Source: Dehalococcoidia bacterium (GTDB taxonomy: Bacteria; Chloroflexota; Dehalococcoidia; Lucifugimonadales; CAJWER01). From it: DNA of 64,000 nucleotides. The notes under the pieces were generated by a model. That model searched no databases. It saw only the letters and a program-made list of their open reading frames with translations, and was not told the DNA's origin. The stretch lies in NCBI GenBank assembly GCA_963666125.1, contig OY762633.1, positions 120,107-184,106 of the forward strand, given 5' to 3'. The position numbers were made by a program, and so were the translations under genes. The stretch's first letter is position 1, and each line of letters opens with the position of its first letter. Shown piece by piece: positions 8,373 to 18,127 of this stretch.

Positions 8373-10763
8373 TTGTCGCCTGATCGTTTGACGCAACCGG
8401 ACGAACGAGACCGTCAGATAGCGGCGCTGCGGGACAGGCTGTCCCGGCTCAGCCGCGCCAGCCTGCGTATCAATGAGAGCCTCGACTTCGAGGCGGCGCT
8501 GCAGGGCGTCCTGGATGGCGCCCACTCCGTGACGGGCGCCGTCTACGCCGTCATCATCGCCCTGGACGAATCGGGCGAGGTGGAGGACTACCTTGTCGAG
8601 GGCATGAGCGTCGACGACGCGAAGCGGCTGTGGAAGGTCCCCGACGGACCTAAATTGTTCGAGTACATGAACGCCCTCCCGGGATCGCTGAGGGGCGGAG
8701 ATCTGGGGGAGTTGGCCAGGTCGATAGGTGTTTCCTTCCGCCCGCCCGTCAGGATTGCCGCTTTCATGGCAGCCCCGATACTCCACCAGGGCGCGCGCGT
8801 GGGCAACATCTACGTGGCGAACGATGATCCGGGCAGGGAGTTCACCAGGGAAGACGAGGAGACGCTGGTGACGTTCGCCTCCCAGGCGGCGCAGGTCATC
8901 GCCAACGCCCGCCGCCACCGCGACGAGAAGCGCGCCAGGGCCGGCTTGGAGACCCTGATCGACACCTCGCCCGTGGGCGTCGCCGTCTTCGACGTGGGGA
9001 CGGACGCCCCGGTGACGTTCAACCGGGAGGCGAGGAGGATGATCGACAACCTGCGGGACTCGGAACAGCCGCTGGAGGACCTCCTCGGGCTGCTGACCAT
9101 CCGGCGCTCCGACGGGGAGGAAGTCTCCCTGATGGAACTCCCCCTGACCGCAGTCCTGGGAGAAAGCGAGAAGATACGGGCCGAGGAGATCGTGATGGAG
9201 GCGCCCAACGGTCGGAGCGTCACGGTGCTGCTCAATGCCACGCCCATCCGCTCCGAGGAGGGCAGGGTGGAGTCGGTAGTCGTCACCATGCAGGACATGA
9301 CGTCCCTGGAAGAGGTGGAGCGTTTGCGGGCCGAGTTCCTGGGCATGGTGAGCCACGAGCTGCGCATGCCGCTGACCTCCATCTGGGGCTCGGTGATGGC
9401 CATGCTGGACAGCACGGAGGACCTGGATCCCGCCGAGATGCGGCAGTTCCTGAGCATCATCCTCGAACAGGCCGGCAGCATGCGGGACCTGATCGGCAAC
9501 CTGCTGGACGTGGCGCGCATCGAGACGGGGGAGCTGCCGGTCGAACCGGAGCCGGCGGAGGTGGCCGCGCTGGTGGACCGGGCCCGGAGCGCCTTCCTGA
9601 GCGCTGGGGGCAGGAACAACCTCGCCATCGATCTGGCGCTGGACCTGCCCCTCGTGATGGCGGACCGCAGGCGCATCGTCCAGGTCATCGTCAACCTCCT
9701 GACGAACGCCGCCAGGCATTCGCCGGAGTCGTCCGCCATCAGGGTCTCCGCCGCACTGGACGGCGTCCACGTCCGGGTCTCGGTGGTGGACGAGGGTAGG
9801 GGAATACCCACCGAGCGTCTGCCCAACCTGTTCCGGAAGTTCTCCCACCGGGATGACGACGACCCGGGTGGCGACACCGGCCTTGGACTGGCAATCTGCA
9901 AAGGAATCGTGGAGGCCCACGGAGGCCGCATCTGGGCCGAGAACGAAGGAGCCGGACTGGGGGCGCGGTTCACCTTCACCATCCCGGTGATCGAAGAGGC
10001 CGCCGTCCAACGCCGCAGGTCCCCGGAAGGCCGGCGTCAGGAGACGGGAGATGCGGAGCCCATCCTCGTGGTGGACGACGATCCCCGAACGCTCCGGCAC
10101 CTCAGGAAGGTGCTCTCCGACGCCGGCTACCACCCCATTGTTACTGCCGACCCTGAGGAGGTGATCTCCCTCGTGGAGGAGCATCGTCCCCACCTGGTCC
10201 TGCTCGACATGATGCTGCCCGGCTCCGACGGCATCGAGTTGATGAGGGACATCATCGCGGTGGACAACGTGCCGGTGATCTTCCTCTCGGCTTATGGACG
10301 CGACCAAGTGGTTGCCCGGGCCTTCGAGAGCGGAGCGGCCGACTACGTCGTCAAGCCCTTCTCGCCAACCGAGCTGGTTGCCAGGGTCGGAGCGGCTCTC
10401 CGGAGATTTGCGGAGCCCTACCGGCCTGAGCTGTCGGAGGCCTACGTGCTGGGCGACCTGGCCATCGACTACTCCCAGCGGCTGGTCACCCTCGCCGGGC
10501 GTCCGGTGCAGCTGACGGCCACCGAATACCGGCTGCTCTTCGAGTTGTCGGTCAACGCCGGGAGGGTGTTGACCCACAACCATCTGTTGCGGAAGGTCTG
10601 GGGGCCCAAGAAGACGGGCAACCTGGGTTCGCTCCGCACCCACCTGAGAAGGCTCCGCAGCAAGCTCGGCGAGGACGCAAGCAACCCCACCTACTTCTTC
10701 GCCGAGTCCAGGGTCGGCTACTGGATGGCGAAGGGGGAGACGCAGGAGGAGGAGCCGCAGTAG
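8373..10763 (+). CDS. Hybrid sensor kinase-response regulator: GAF-PAS-HisKA-HATPase-REC-winged helix
   Basis: SHELRMPL H-box, NLLTNA, DEGRGI, GLGLAICK; ILVVDDD/LLDMMLP/KPF receiver; OmpR/KdpE-type C-terminus LTATEYRLL..LRSKLG. Confidence 0.9.
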   Translation: MSPDRLTQPDERDRQIAALRDRLSRLSRASLRINESLDFEAALQGVLDGAHSVTGAVYAVIIALDESGEVEDYLVEGMSVDDAKRLWKVPDGPKLFEYMNALPGSLRGGDLGELARSIGVSFRPPVRIAAFMAAPILHQGARVGNIYVANDDPGREFTREDEETLVTFASQAAQVIANARRHRDEKRARAGLETLIDTSPVGVAVFDVGTDAPVTFNREARRMIDNLRDSEQPLEDLLGLLTIRRSDGEEVSLMELPLTAVLGESEKIRAEEIVMEAPNGRSVTVLLNATPIRSEEGRVESVVVTMQDMTSLEEVERLRAEFLGMVSHELRMPLTSIWGSVMAMLDSTEDLDPAEMRQFLSIILEQAGSMRDLIGNLLDVARIETGELPVEPEPAEVAALVDRARSAFLSAGGRNNLAIDLALDLPLVMADRRRIVQVIVNLLTNAARHSPESSAIRVSAALDGVHVRVSVVDEGRGIPTERLPNLFRKFSHRDDDDPGGDTGLGLAICKGIVEAHGGRIWAENEGAGLGARFTFTIPVIEEAAVQRRRSPEGRRQETGDAEPILVVDDDPRTLRHLRKVLSDAGYHPIVTADPEEVISLVEEHRPHLVLLDMMLPGSDGIELMRDIIAVDNVPVIFLSAYGRDQVVARAFESGAADYVVKPFSPTELVARVGAALRRFAEPYRPELSEAYVLGDLAIDYSQRLVTLAGRPVQLTATEYRLLFELSVNAGRVLTHNHLLRKVWGPKKTGNLGSLRTHLRRLRSKLGEDASNPTYFFAESRVGYWMAKGETQEEEPQ

Positions 10764-10850
10764 ACCTGATAGGATGGCCGCAATCGTAACTGATGGGTGG
10801 TTGCTGCCTGTGGGGACGCTGACTCGGTCGCTGACAATACTGGATATGCC

Positions 10851-11537
10851 ATGCGTTTGACGGAGAAGCAACTCGGCGGCTGGTCTCTGCTTATTGGGAC
10901 CGCGGCAGTGGCGTTGGCCTCTGCGCTCTCGCCCGGCCGGGGCGCGGTGGACACGGTGCCCAGCAACAACCTCACCGAGCTCACGCTGGCGATGGCGCGC
11001 AACGAGGCGCTGTCCTACACCGTACCCGTTGTGATCGTCTGCGGTGCCCTGCTCATGCTTCACGGCATCCTGACCCTGCGGCGGTATGGGACACCTGTGC
11101 CTCGACTCGGCCTTCTGGGTATGGCCATCGGGCTGGTTCTGCAGATGGTGATGCGGGGTCTCGACTACATGATCGTCGGTATGGGAGTGGCGGCCCTTGA
11201 GAGCGACGCGACGCGGTCGCAGGAATGGCTCCAATCGGCGCTGGAGATGCAACGGATAGTCTTCGGGCTGCATTTCAGCTCCGTCGTAGCCGGCTTCGTC
11301 GGGACGGCGATTATGGCGCTGGGCCTCGCTTTCCGACCTGAGCCCGTACGTCTGCCTCCCGTGCTGCACGGTATCGTTGCGGTGCTGGCTCTGGCGTCGC
11401 TGGTGGTGTTCATCGCCGCATGGCACTCGGACAGATTGGAGTTGGCATTCGCGCCCGTGTTCGCAGCAATGTCCGTAGGCGGGCTCGTTTACATGGGTCT
11501 GTTGGGATGGGGGTTGGTATCATCGAAAGGCGACTAG
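10851..11537 (+). CDS. Multi-pass membrane protein of unknown function
   Basis: About six hydrophobic segments; start 10851 or 10797. Confidence 0.65.
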   Translation: MRLTEKQLGGWSLLIGTAAVALASALSPGRGAVDTVPSNNLTELTLAMARNEALSYTVPVVIVCGALLMLHGILTLRRYGTPVPRLGLLGMAIGLVLQMVMRGLDYMIVGMGVAALESDATRSQEWLQSALEMQRIVFGLHFSSVVAGFVGTAIMALGLAFRPEPVRLPPVLHGIVAVLALASLVVFIAAWHSDRLELAFAPVFAAMSVGGLVYMGLLGWGLVSSKGD

Positions 11538-11553
11538 GCGAGCAAACCCGACG

Positions 11554-14500
11554 TTGAGCTTCGAGCTTCGACCCGAGCATCTTCGCTCCCTGAGGTGGCG
11601 GTCGATCGGGCCGCATCGAGGGGGGCGCGTCGTGGCGGTGGCTGGCGACCCGGAGGAGAGGCAGACCTTCTACTTCGGGGCCTGCGCGGGCGGCGTCTGG
11701 AAGTCCACCGACGGCGGGACGTACTGGCGCAACGTGTCCGACGGCTTCTTCCGCATGTCCGCCGTGGGCGCGCTCGCCGTAGCCGACGCCGACCCGTCGG
11801 TCGTGTACGCCGGCACGGGCGAGGCGTGCATCCGCAGCAACGTCTCCCACGGCGACGGCGTCTACCGGTCCACCGACGCCGGGGCTACCTGGGAGCACGC
11901 CGGGCTCGAGGACACGCGGCACATCGCCCGTGTGCGCGTCGACCCGCGCGACCCCGACAGGCTCTACGTCGCGGCGCTGGGCCACGCCTTCGGACCCAAC
12001 GCGCAGCGCGGTGTCTTCCGCTCCACCGACGGCGGCGGCTCGTGGGAGCGGGTCCTGTTCAGGAGCGAGAGGGCCGGCGCGATCGACCTGTCCATGGACC
12101 CCAACAACCCGCGAGTCCTGTACGCGGCCATATGGCAGGTGCTTCGGACACCGTGGAGCCTCGTCGGCGCAGGGCCGGAGAGTGGCCTGTGGCGGTCGAC
12201 CGACGGCGGCGACACGTGGACCGACCTGACGGACCGGCCCGGGATGCCCGGCGGGATCAAGGGCCGGATAGGCGTTGCCGCGTCGCCCGCACGGCCGGGG
12301 CGCGTGTGGGCCATCGTCGAGGCCGAAGACGGTGTGCTGCTGCTCTCGGACGACGGCGGCGACACGTGGGAGCGGGTCAACGACAGCCCCATCGTCAGGC
12401 AGCGGCCCTTCTACCACCACCACGTATTCGCCCACCCCACGCGGGCGGATACCATGTGGACCCTCCCGATACAGGCGTGGCGGTCGGACGACTCGGGGCG
12501 CTCGTTCACGATGATGACGACGCCCCACAGCGACAATCACGACCTCTGGATCGACCCGCGCGACCCCCGGCGGATGATCGAGGGGAACGACGGCGGCGCG
12601 TGCGTCTCGTTCGACGGCGGCGAGACGTGGTCGACCATCTACAACCAGCCGACCGCCCAGTTCTACCACGCCGCGGCCGACACCCGGCGCCCGTACCGTG
12701 TCTACGGCACCCAGCAGGACAACAGCGCGATCAGCACGCCGAGCAGCTCGCCCAAGGGCGCCATTCCCTTCTCGGACAGCTACGCCGTGGGGCCGTCGGA
12801 GAGCGGGTACGTTGCGGTTCGCCCGGACAACCCCGACATCGTCTACTCGGGCGCAATCGGCAGCGCCCCGGGCGGCGGGGGCGCGCTGCTCAGGTACAAC
12901 CACGCCACGGGCGAGTCGCGGATCATCACTGTGTGGCCGGAGATGTCGTACGGGCTGGGCGCGCGGGATATGCGCTACCGCTTCCAGTGGACCTTCCCGA
13001 TAGTCATATCGCCCCACGACCCCGACGTGCTCTACGCCGCTGGGAACAGGGTGTTTCGTTCCACCGACGAGGGCACGATCTGGGAGGCGGTGTCGCCGGA
13101 CCTGACCCGCAACGACCCGGACAAGGGCGAGCCCGGCGGCGGCCCCATCAGCCGCGACGTGTCCGGCGCGGAGGTCTACTGCACCATATTCTCCTTCGCC
13201 GAGTCGCCGCATATCCCCGGCGAGCTCTGGGCGGGCTCCGACGACGGCCGCGTCCACGTCTCCCGCGACGCCGGCGCGACGTGGGACGACATCACCCCGC
13301 CGGGCCTGCCGGAGTGGGCGACCGTGAGCATGATCGACCTGTCGCCCCACGACCCCGGCACGGCCTGGCTCGCGGCGTGGAACTACAAGCTCGACGACTA
13401 CTCGCCGTACCTGTACCGGACGCGCGACGGCGGGCGGATCTGGGAGTCGATAGCGGCGGGGATTCCCGATGGGGAGTTCGTGCGCGTCGTCAGGGAGGAC
13501 CCGGCGCGGGCGGGCCTGCTGTACGCCGGCACGGAGACGGGCGTGTACGTGTCGCCGGACGGGGGCGCGTCGTGGCAGTCCATCCGTCTGAACCTGCCGG
13601 TGACGCCGATCCACGACCTGCTGGTCAAGGACGGGGACCTGGTGGCCGCGACCCACGGCAGGTCGTTCTGGATACTCGACGACCTCTCGCCGCTGCGTGG
13701 GCTGACGGAGGAGGCGACGAGCGACGCCGTCCACCTCTTCGAGCCGCGCCCGGCCGTCCGGGCGCTGAACATGCTCGGCAGGATCGAGCCGGTGCGGATC
13801 GGGCCGGGCAAGAACTACTGGGTCGCAATCGGCGCGGCGGCGACCTTCGAGGAGGTCGAGACGCCGGAGGGGGTCACGGAGCGCGTGTTCCTCGACGCGG
13901 GCCACAACCCGCCCGAGGGGGCGACGATCACCTACCACCTGCGGGAGGGCTCGAAGGACGGCGCGGCTATCATGTTCATCGACGCGGAGGGCCGTGAGGT
14001 GAGGCGGTTCTGCGGGCTGCCGGCGGAGGCGGGCATGAACCGCTTTGTATGGGACATGCGCCACGCAGGCCCCCGCGAGGCCCCGGGCGCCGCCGCCGAG
14101 CGCCTGATCGCCGGGCCGAGCCCCAGGGGACCGGCGGCGGTGCCGGGCGACTACACCGTCAGGCTCGAGGCGGCGGGCCGCACCCTAACTCGCAAGCTCA
14201 GGGTAGTGAAGGACCCTCGGTCGGAGGCGTCGGACGCCGACCTGGACGAGCAGCTAGGCCTGCTGCTCAGGCTTAGGGACAGGATCTCCGAGACCAACGA
14301 CGCCATCGTCGAGCTGCGGCAGGTGAGGCGGCAGGTGCGGGAGTGGGTGGGCCGGGCCGAGGCTACCCAGGGAGCCGTCGTCGTCGAGGCGGGCCGCGCC
14401 ATCGTCGAGCGGCTGGACGGCATCGAGGGCAGGCTCGTCGCTACGTGGCAGACGACCGAGCGAGGCCAGATGGGCACGCCGCTGCCCAAGCTCGCCGAGG

Positions 14501-14694
14501 CCCTCGCCACGCTGGTCAGCGTCGTCGAGAGCGCCGACTCCGCCCCCACGAAGAGCTCCTACGAGGTGTTCGACCACCTGTCGGCGCGGGTAGCCCACCA
14601 GATCGAGTCTCTGCGCGAGATCATCGACCGGGACATCCCGGCCTTCGTATCCCTGGTCCGCGAGTCCGGCGTCCCAGACATCCAGACCAACTGA
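11554..14694 (+). CDS. BNR/Asp-box beta-propeller protein (VPS10/sortilin-like glycosyl hydrolase family)
   Basis: WRSIGPHRGGRV start, repeated S-x-D-G-G-x-T/S-W Asp boxes, ATHGRSFWILDD; no signal peptide visible. Confidence 0.88.
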   Translation: MSFELRPEHLRSLRWRSIGPHRGGRVVAVAGDPEERQTFYFGACAGGVWKSTDGGTYWRNVSDGFFRMSAVGALAVADADPSVVYAGTGEACIRSNVSHGDGVYRSTDAGATWEHAGLEDTRHIARVRVDPRDPDRLYVAALGHAFGPNAQRGVFRSTDGGGSWERVLFRSERAGAIDLSMDPNNPRVLYAAIWQVLRTPWSLVGAGPESGLWRSTDGGDTWTDLTDRPGMPGGIKGRIGVAASPARPGRVWAIVEAEDGVLLLSDDGGDTWERVNDSPIVRQRPFYHHHVFAHPTRADTMWTLPIQAWRSDDSGRSFTMMTTPHSDNHDLWIDPRDPRRMIEGNDGGACVSFDGGETWSTIYNQPTAQFYHAAADTRRPYRVYGTQQDNSAISTPSSSPKGAIPFSDSYAVGPSESGYVAVRPDNPDIVYSGAIGSAPGGGGALLRYNHATGESRIITVWPEMSYGLGARDMRYRFQWTFPIVISPHDPDVLYAAGNRVFRSTDEGTIWEAVSPDLTRNDPDKGEPGGGPISRDVSGAEVYCTIFSFAESPHIPGELWAGSDDGRVHVSRDAGATWDDITPPGLPEWATVSMIDLSPHDPGTAWLAAWNYKLDDYSPYLYRTRDGGRIWESIAAGIPDGEFVRVVREDPARAGLLYAGTETGVYVSPDGGASWQSIRLNLPVTPIHDLLVKDGDLVAATHGRSFWILDDLSPLRGLTEEATSDAVHLFEPRPAVRALNMLGRIEPVRIGPGKNYWVAIGAAATFEEVETPEGVTERVFLDAGHNPPEGATITYHLREGSKDGAAIMFIDAEGREVRRFCGLPAEAGMNRFVWDMRHAGPREAPGAAAERLIAGPSPRGPAAVPGDYTVRLEAAGRTLTRKLRVVKDPRSEASDADLDEQLGLLLRLRDRISETNDAIVELRQVRRQVREWVGRAEATQGAVVVEAGRAIVERLDGIEGRLVATWQTTERGQMGTPLPKLAEALATLVSVVESADSAPTKSSYEVFDHLSARVAHQIESLREIIDRDIPAFVSLVRESGVPDIQTN

Positions 14695-14711
14695 GTTCGG
14701 GTATGGGACTA

Positions 14712-14772
14712 CGTTCACCCTGAGTCTGCCTGTCCTGAGCTTGTCGAAGGGTCTAAGGCCAGTGCTCAGCAA
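14712..14772. repeat. Intergenic repeat family X, copy 2 (with internal partial duplication)
   Basis: CGTTCACCCTGAG...CCTGAGCTTGTCGAAGGG...CCAGTGCTCAGCAA; between convergent genes. Confidence 0.75.
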
Positions 14773-14802
14773 CCCGGCTATTCTTGAGGCAGACCGTTAG
14801 CC

Positions 14803-15624
14803 CTACTCGGGCTTCGTCGCCTTGAGCGAGAACAGGAACGGCACCAACTCCCCACCTTCCGGTAGGCGCCACCAGCCGTCCTCTCCCTGCTTCATCATCG
14901 GCAGGGCCTGGTACGCAGTGAAGTGGTGCTCGTGGAAGAACTCGATCACCAGCCCCGCCGAGATCAACGGATTGAGTATGTCGCCCACGCTGTGGCCCCA
15001 CTCGAACGTCGGTCCATACTCCTCGTCCGGCCCGTCCGTGTAGGTAGGCCCCGGCTCGAACTCCAGGGGACCGGCCCCGCGGGTGGAGTACGGGTAGAAG
15101 GGCCGCAGATCGACAGCATCCTCCTCGTCGAAGACGCTGCCGAAGGGGTGCCCGTCCACGATGTAGAACACCCCGCCCGGCTCCAGGAAGTGGGCGATCA
15201 CCCTGGCCCACGGCTCCAGGTCGGGCAGCCACGTCAGCACGCCGTATGACGTGAACACCACGTCGAAGCGGCCTTCCAGCGCATCCGGCAGGTCGTAGAC
15301 GTTCGAGACGACGAACTTCGCGTCAATGTCGAGCTCCTCGCTCAGCGACCGGGCCCGCGAAATCGCCTCCCCAGAGAAGTCGACACCCGTGACCTTGGCT
15401 CCGAGCCTAGCCCAGGACATCGTGTCCATCCCGAAGTGGCACTGCAGGTGGAGCAGGCTCTTGCCTTCGACATCGCCCACCTCCTCGATCTCGAGGGAGT
15501 TGAGCGAGGACGCCCCGGCCCTGAAGCCGTCCACGTCGTAGAAGCGGGACTTGAAGTGAGTCGGCGTCCGCGCGTCCCAGCTCAGGCGATTCGCCTTCAT
15601 ATACCGGTCGTCGCCGCCGATCAA
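14803..15624 (-). CDS. Class I SAM-dependent methyltransferase
   Basis: LLHLQCHFGMDT, VTGVDFS, FDVVFTSYG; start 15624 or 15600. Confidence 0.9.
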   Translation of the reverse strand: MIGGDDRYMKANRLSWDARTPTHFKSRFYDVDGFRAGASSLNSLEIEEVGDVEGKSLLHLQCHFGMDTMSWARLGAKVTGVDFSGEAISRARSLSEELDIDAKFVVSNVYDLPDALEGRFDVVFTSYGVLTWLPDLEPWARVIAHFLEPGGVFYIVDGHPFGSVFDEEDAVDLRPFYPYSTRGAGPLEFEPGPTYTDGPDEEYGPTFEWGHSVGDILNPLISAGLVIEFFHEHHFTAYQALPMMKQGEDGWWRLPEGGELVPFLFSLKATKPE

Positions 15625-15628
15625 AGAC

Positions 15629-16060
15629 TTAGGCCGCCCTGTCCTCGATTACGAGGCTGCGCCCAACTGCTCTGAGCGCCTTCTCTACCTGGGTGAGATG
15701 AGAGCCATAATCGGGGTCCATTACTTTGCGGACTGCATCCCCGCTCACGCCCAGGCGATCAGCGAGCTCTCCCGCCGTGATTCCCTGCTTTCGCATCGCG
15801 GTGTAAAGCGCCAGCTTGGCCGCGACGATGGGTGGGACTGCGACCATTACCTGACCCTCCTCAGCTTCGCCTGGAACGGGGAGAGCCTCGCTGTTGTCCA
15901 CGTATGCGCACAACGCGACTACCAAGGCGTCCTCCGCCATCTCCAGCGCCTCGGCCCGGTCGTCCCCACAGGTCAGTGCACCAATTACCCCAGGGAAAGA
16001 TACGTTGAATCCGCGTTCTCCCTCCTCAGGAGTGAGATTGCAAGGATAGGCATATCTCAT
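15629..16060 (-). CDS. hicB: HicB-family antitoxin (no adjacent HicA)
   Basis: VSFPGV.GALTCGDDRAEALEMAEDAL, AAKLALYTAM plus C-terminal HTH. Confidence 0.85.
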   Translation of the reverse strand: MRYAYPCNLTPEEGERGFNVSFPGVIGALTCGDDRAEALEMAEDALVVALCAYVDNSEALPVPGEAEEGQVMVAVPPIVAAKLALYTAMRKQGITAGELADRLGVSGDAVRKVMDPDYGSHLTQVEKALRAVGRSLVIEDRAA

Positions 16061-16082
16061 GGCTCAGCCCCCCCTCACCATT

Positions 16083-16125
16083 CTCTGTATCTCGTCTCTG
16101 TGTCCTCTGCGCACTCTGTGGTGAA
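16083..16125. repeat. CACAGAG-periodic short repeat (family Y, copy 2, inverted)
   Basis: CTCTGTGTCCTCTGCGCACTCTGTGGTGAAA, the reverse complement of the 2661-2690 pattern. Confidence 0.55.
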
Positions 16126-16128
16126 ATC

Positions 16129-17283
16129 CTACGCTCCCGGCTCCACGAACGCAAGGATCCGCGCGGGGTTGGCGACCGTGATCGTCTCGATGCTGGACTC
16201 CTCGACGCCCATGTTCAGCAGGTGCGGGATGAACCGCTCGATGATGAACGAGTACCCGAAGCCGCCGTACTTCTTCAGGTGGGTCTTCCAGCACACGTCG
16301 TGGGACAGGAGAACCTTGTCCTCGTACCCTGCCTCGATGAGCTTGGGCACGGCCTCGGCGTCGCGGGCCGTCACGCTCGGGCCCAGGCCCTCCTCGGGCC
16401 CGAGCACGTCGATGCTTCTGACCACCTCGTCGCGTCCGATCAGGTCGAGCTGTACGTAGGGGCCGCGCTCCAGCAGCTCCAGCATCAGCCCCACGTCGTC
16501 GGCGATCTCGTCCGAGTGGCCGAGGATGACGCGCTCCAGGTCGACTCCCACCTCCTCCAGGATGTCCAGCGTGCGGTGACGCTCCGAGCCGACGCCGCCC
16601 CTGTGCAGGGAGATGGGCGCTCCCGTTACCAGGGCCGCAAGCCCGGCGGCGCGGATGCTCTTCTCCTCGTTGGGCCTGATCGGGCCGCCGTTGACGCCTA
16701 TCTCGCCGATGATCCCCGACCTGATGCCCGTACCGCCGACTCCCTCGGTCACGTCGCTGACGATGACCTCGGTCAGGTCCTCGACCGAGCGCTGGTCCAT
16801 GTCCACGGGGTGGTAGACGCGCTGGTAGTAGCCGGTGCCCATGATGACGTGGAGGCCCGTCGCCTCGGAAACGCGGAGCAGGGCCGCCGGGTCGCGCTTC
16901 AACCCGATGCTCGTGACGTCCACGATCGTGCCGCCGCCCCTGTTCCTGAACTCCATGACCTCGGCGACCGCGTCCGCCTCGTCGGCCAGGATGTAGTTGT
17001 CCGCGATGGGCGCCGCCTCCCTGGCGGCGCGGAGGTTGCCTACGTCCACCTTCGCCTCCCACCGGGTGAGCTCCGTCGCGGGGAAGTCGTCGCTGGTGAG
17101 GATGGGCTCGGAGCGCCCGGGCACCTCGACGCCAATGACGTGGGGCAGGTGAGTCTTCCTCAGGTCGAGGAAGAGGTGCTCGTGCATCAGGGTCGTACCC
17201 AGGGCGCCGGGGCTTACCGGACCCCGGACGGTCTGGACCTTCCCAACGAGACCGGCATCGAGAGGACCTCGGGCTGCGGACAT
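16129..17283 (-). CDS. Phosphotriesterase-related amidohydrolase
   Basis: TLMHEHL, GGTIVDVT, GIIGEIG, ISLH, ILGHSD, LLSHD metal ligands. Confidence 0.9.
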   Translation of the reverse strand: MSAARGPLDAGLVGKVQTVRGPVSPGALGTTLMHEHLFLDLRKTHLPHVIGVEVPGRSEPILTSDDFPATELTRWEAKVDVGNLRAAREAAPIADNYILADEADAVAEVMEFRNRGGGTIVDVTSIGLKRDPAALLRVSEATGLHVIMGTGYYQRVYHPVDMDQRSVEDLTEVIVSDVTEGVGGTGIRSGIIGEIGVNGGPIRPNEEKSIRAAGLAALVTGAPISLHRGGVGSERHRTLDILEEVGVDLERVILGHSDEIADDVGLMLELLERGPYVQLDLIGRDEVVRSIDVLGPEEGLGPSVTARDAEAVPKLIEAGYEDKVLLSHDVCWKTHLKKYGGFGYSFIIERFIPHLLNMGVEESSIETITVANPARILAFVEPGA

Positions 17284-17290
17284 GGCCCGA

Positions 17291-17971
17291 CTACCTGCCG
17301 CTTGCCAGGTCGGCGAGAACGGCCCGCCATTCAGCATCGTTGCCGCCGCTCTTGCCCGCGCGGTAGGTGATGATGCCGCTGCCGTCCATGGCGACCTTGG
17401 TGGACTGCACCGTGACGCCGAAATCCGGTACCACCTTGCCTACTGGAACGGCGGTCCTGTAGACGAAGTCGTTCCTGTTCCTGTAGGCCTCGAGCTCGTC
17501 CAGGGACTCGGTGGGGTCGAAGCCCACGCCGTAGAAGTCCACCTTGCCCTCGAAGTCGAGGTAGATGCTGCTCAGGCTCCGTAACTCGGAGCGGCAGACC
17601 GGTCACCAGCCTGTGAGGAAGTATAGGAACACGGGCCGTCCCTCTTCCCTCAGCTGTGCGGAGGTGAGCTCGCTCCCATCCACGAGCCTGAGGGTGAAAT
17701 CGGGCGCCAGGTTGCCGACGGCGTTGCCCACCTCAGGGGTGGACTCGTCGGCCTGTGGGGCCGGAGTCTCGGTCGGCGTAGCGGTCGGCGCGGGCGTGGG
17801 CGGGATGGCTGTTGCGGGAGGCGTCGGGGCTGTCCGGGTCATCTGTGGAACGGGTGTATCGGCCGGAGCCGGCCCGGTGGGCTCGGAGCCGCACGCGGCT
17901 CCCAGGACGAGAAGCGCCAGAGCTGCCAGAAGCGCGCCCGGCGCGGTGATGCGCTCTACGGCCATATCCAT
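17291..17971 (-). CDS. Selenocysteine-containing TlpA/peroxiredoxin-like lipoprotein (UxxC)
   Basis: ORFs 17603-17971 and 17291-17542 are in the same frame; read-through of TGA 17603-17605 gives APDFTL...LYFLTGW-U-PVCRSEL; lipobox GAAC. Confidence 0.85.
17576..17592 (-). promoter_or_regulatory. Putative bacterial SECIS hairpin
   Basis: GCTCCG-AGTTA-CGGAGC perfect 6-bp stem starting 11 nt after the UGA, G in the loop. Confidence 0.65.
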
Positions 17972-18127
17972 GCTTTCAGGTTACAGATTAGAAGCCAGCG
18001 CGTCCAGCACTTACGTGATACTCCGGCAAACAGCGGTTCAAAAGTGCTAGACTGGGATGAGCCCCCTGTCTATCATGGTAGCAAGGGTCATCTCACCGCC
18101 CCGAGGGTGACGTATTGGAGGCGTAAC

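Noticed and set aside
8337..11426. 1029-aa minus-strand ORF and similar long shadow ORFs (11410-14064, 27433-29793, 11595-13997)
   Set aside because: Antisense or off-frame to well-supported genes; typical high-GC artefacts with no recognisable motifs
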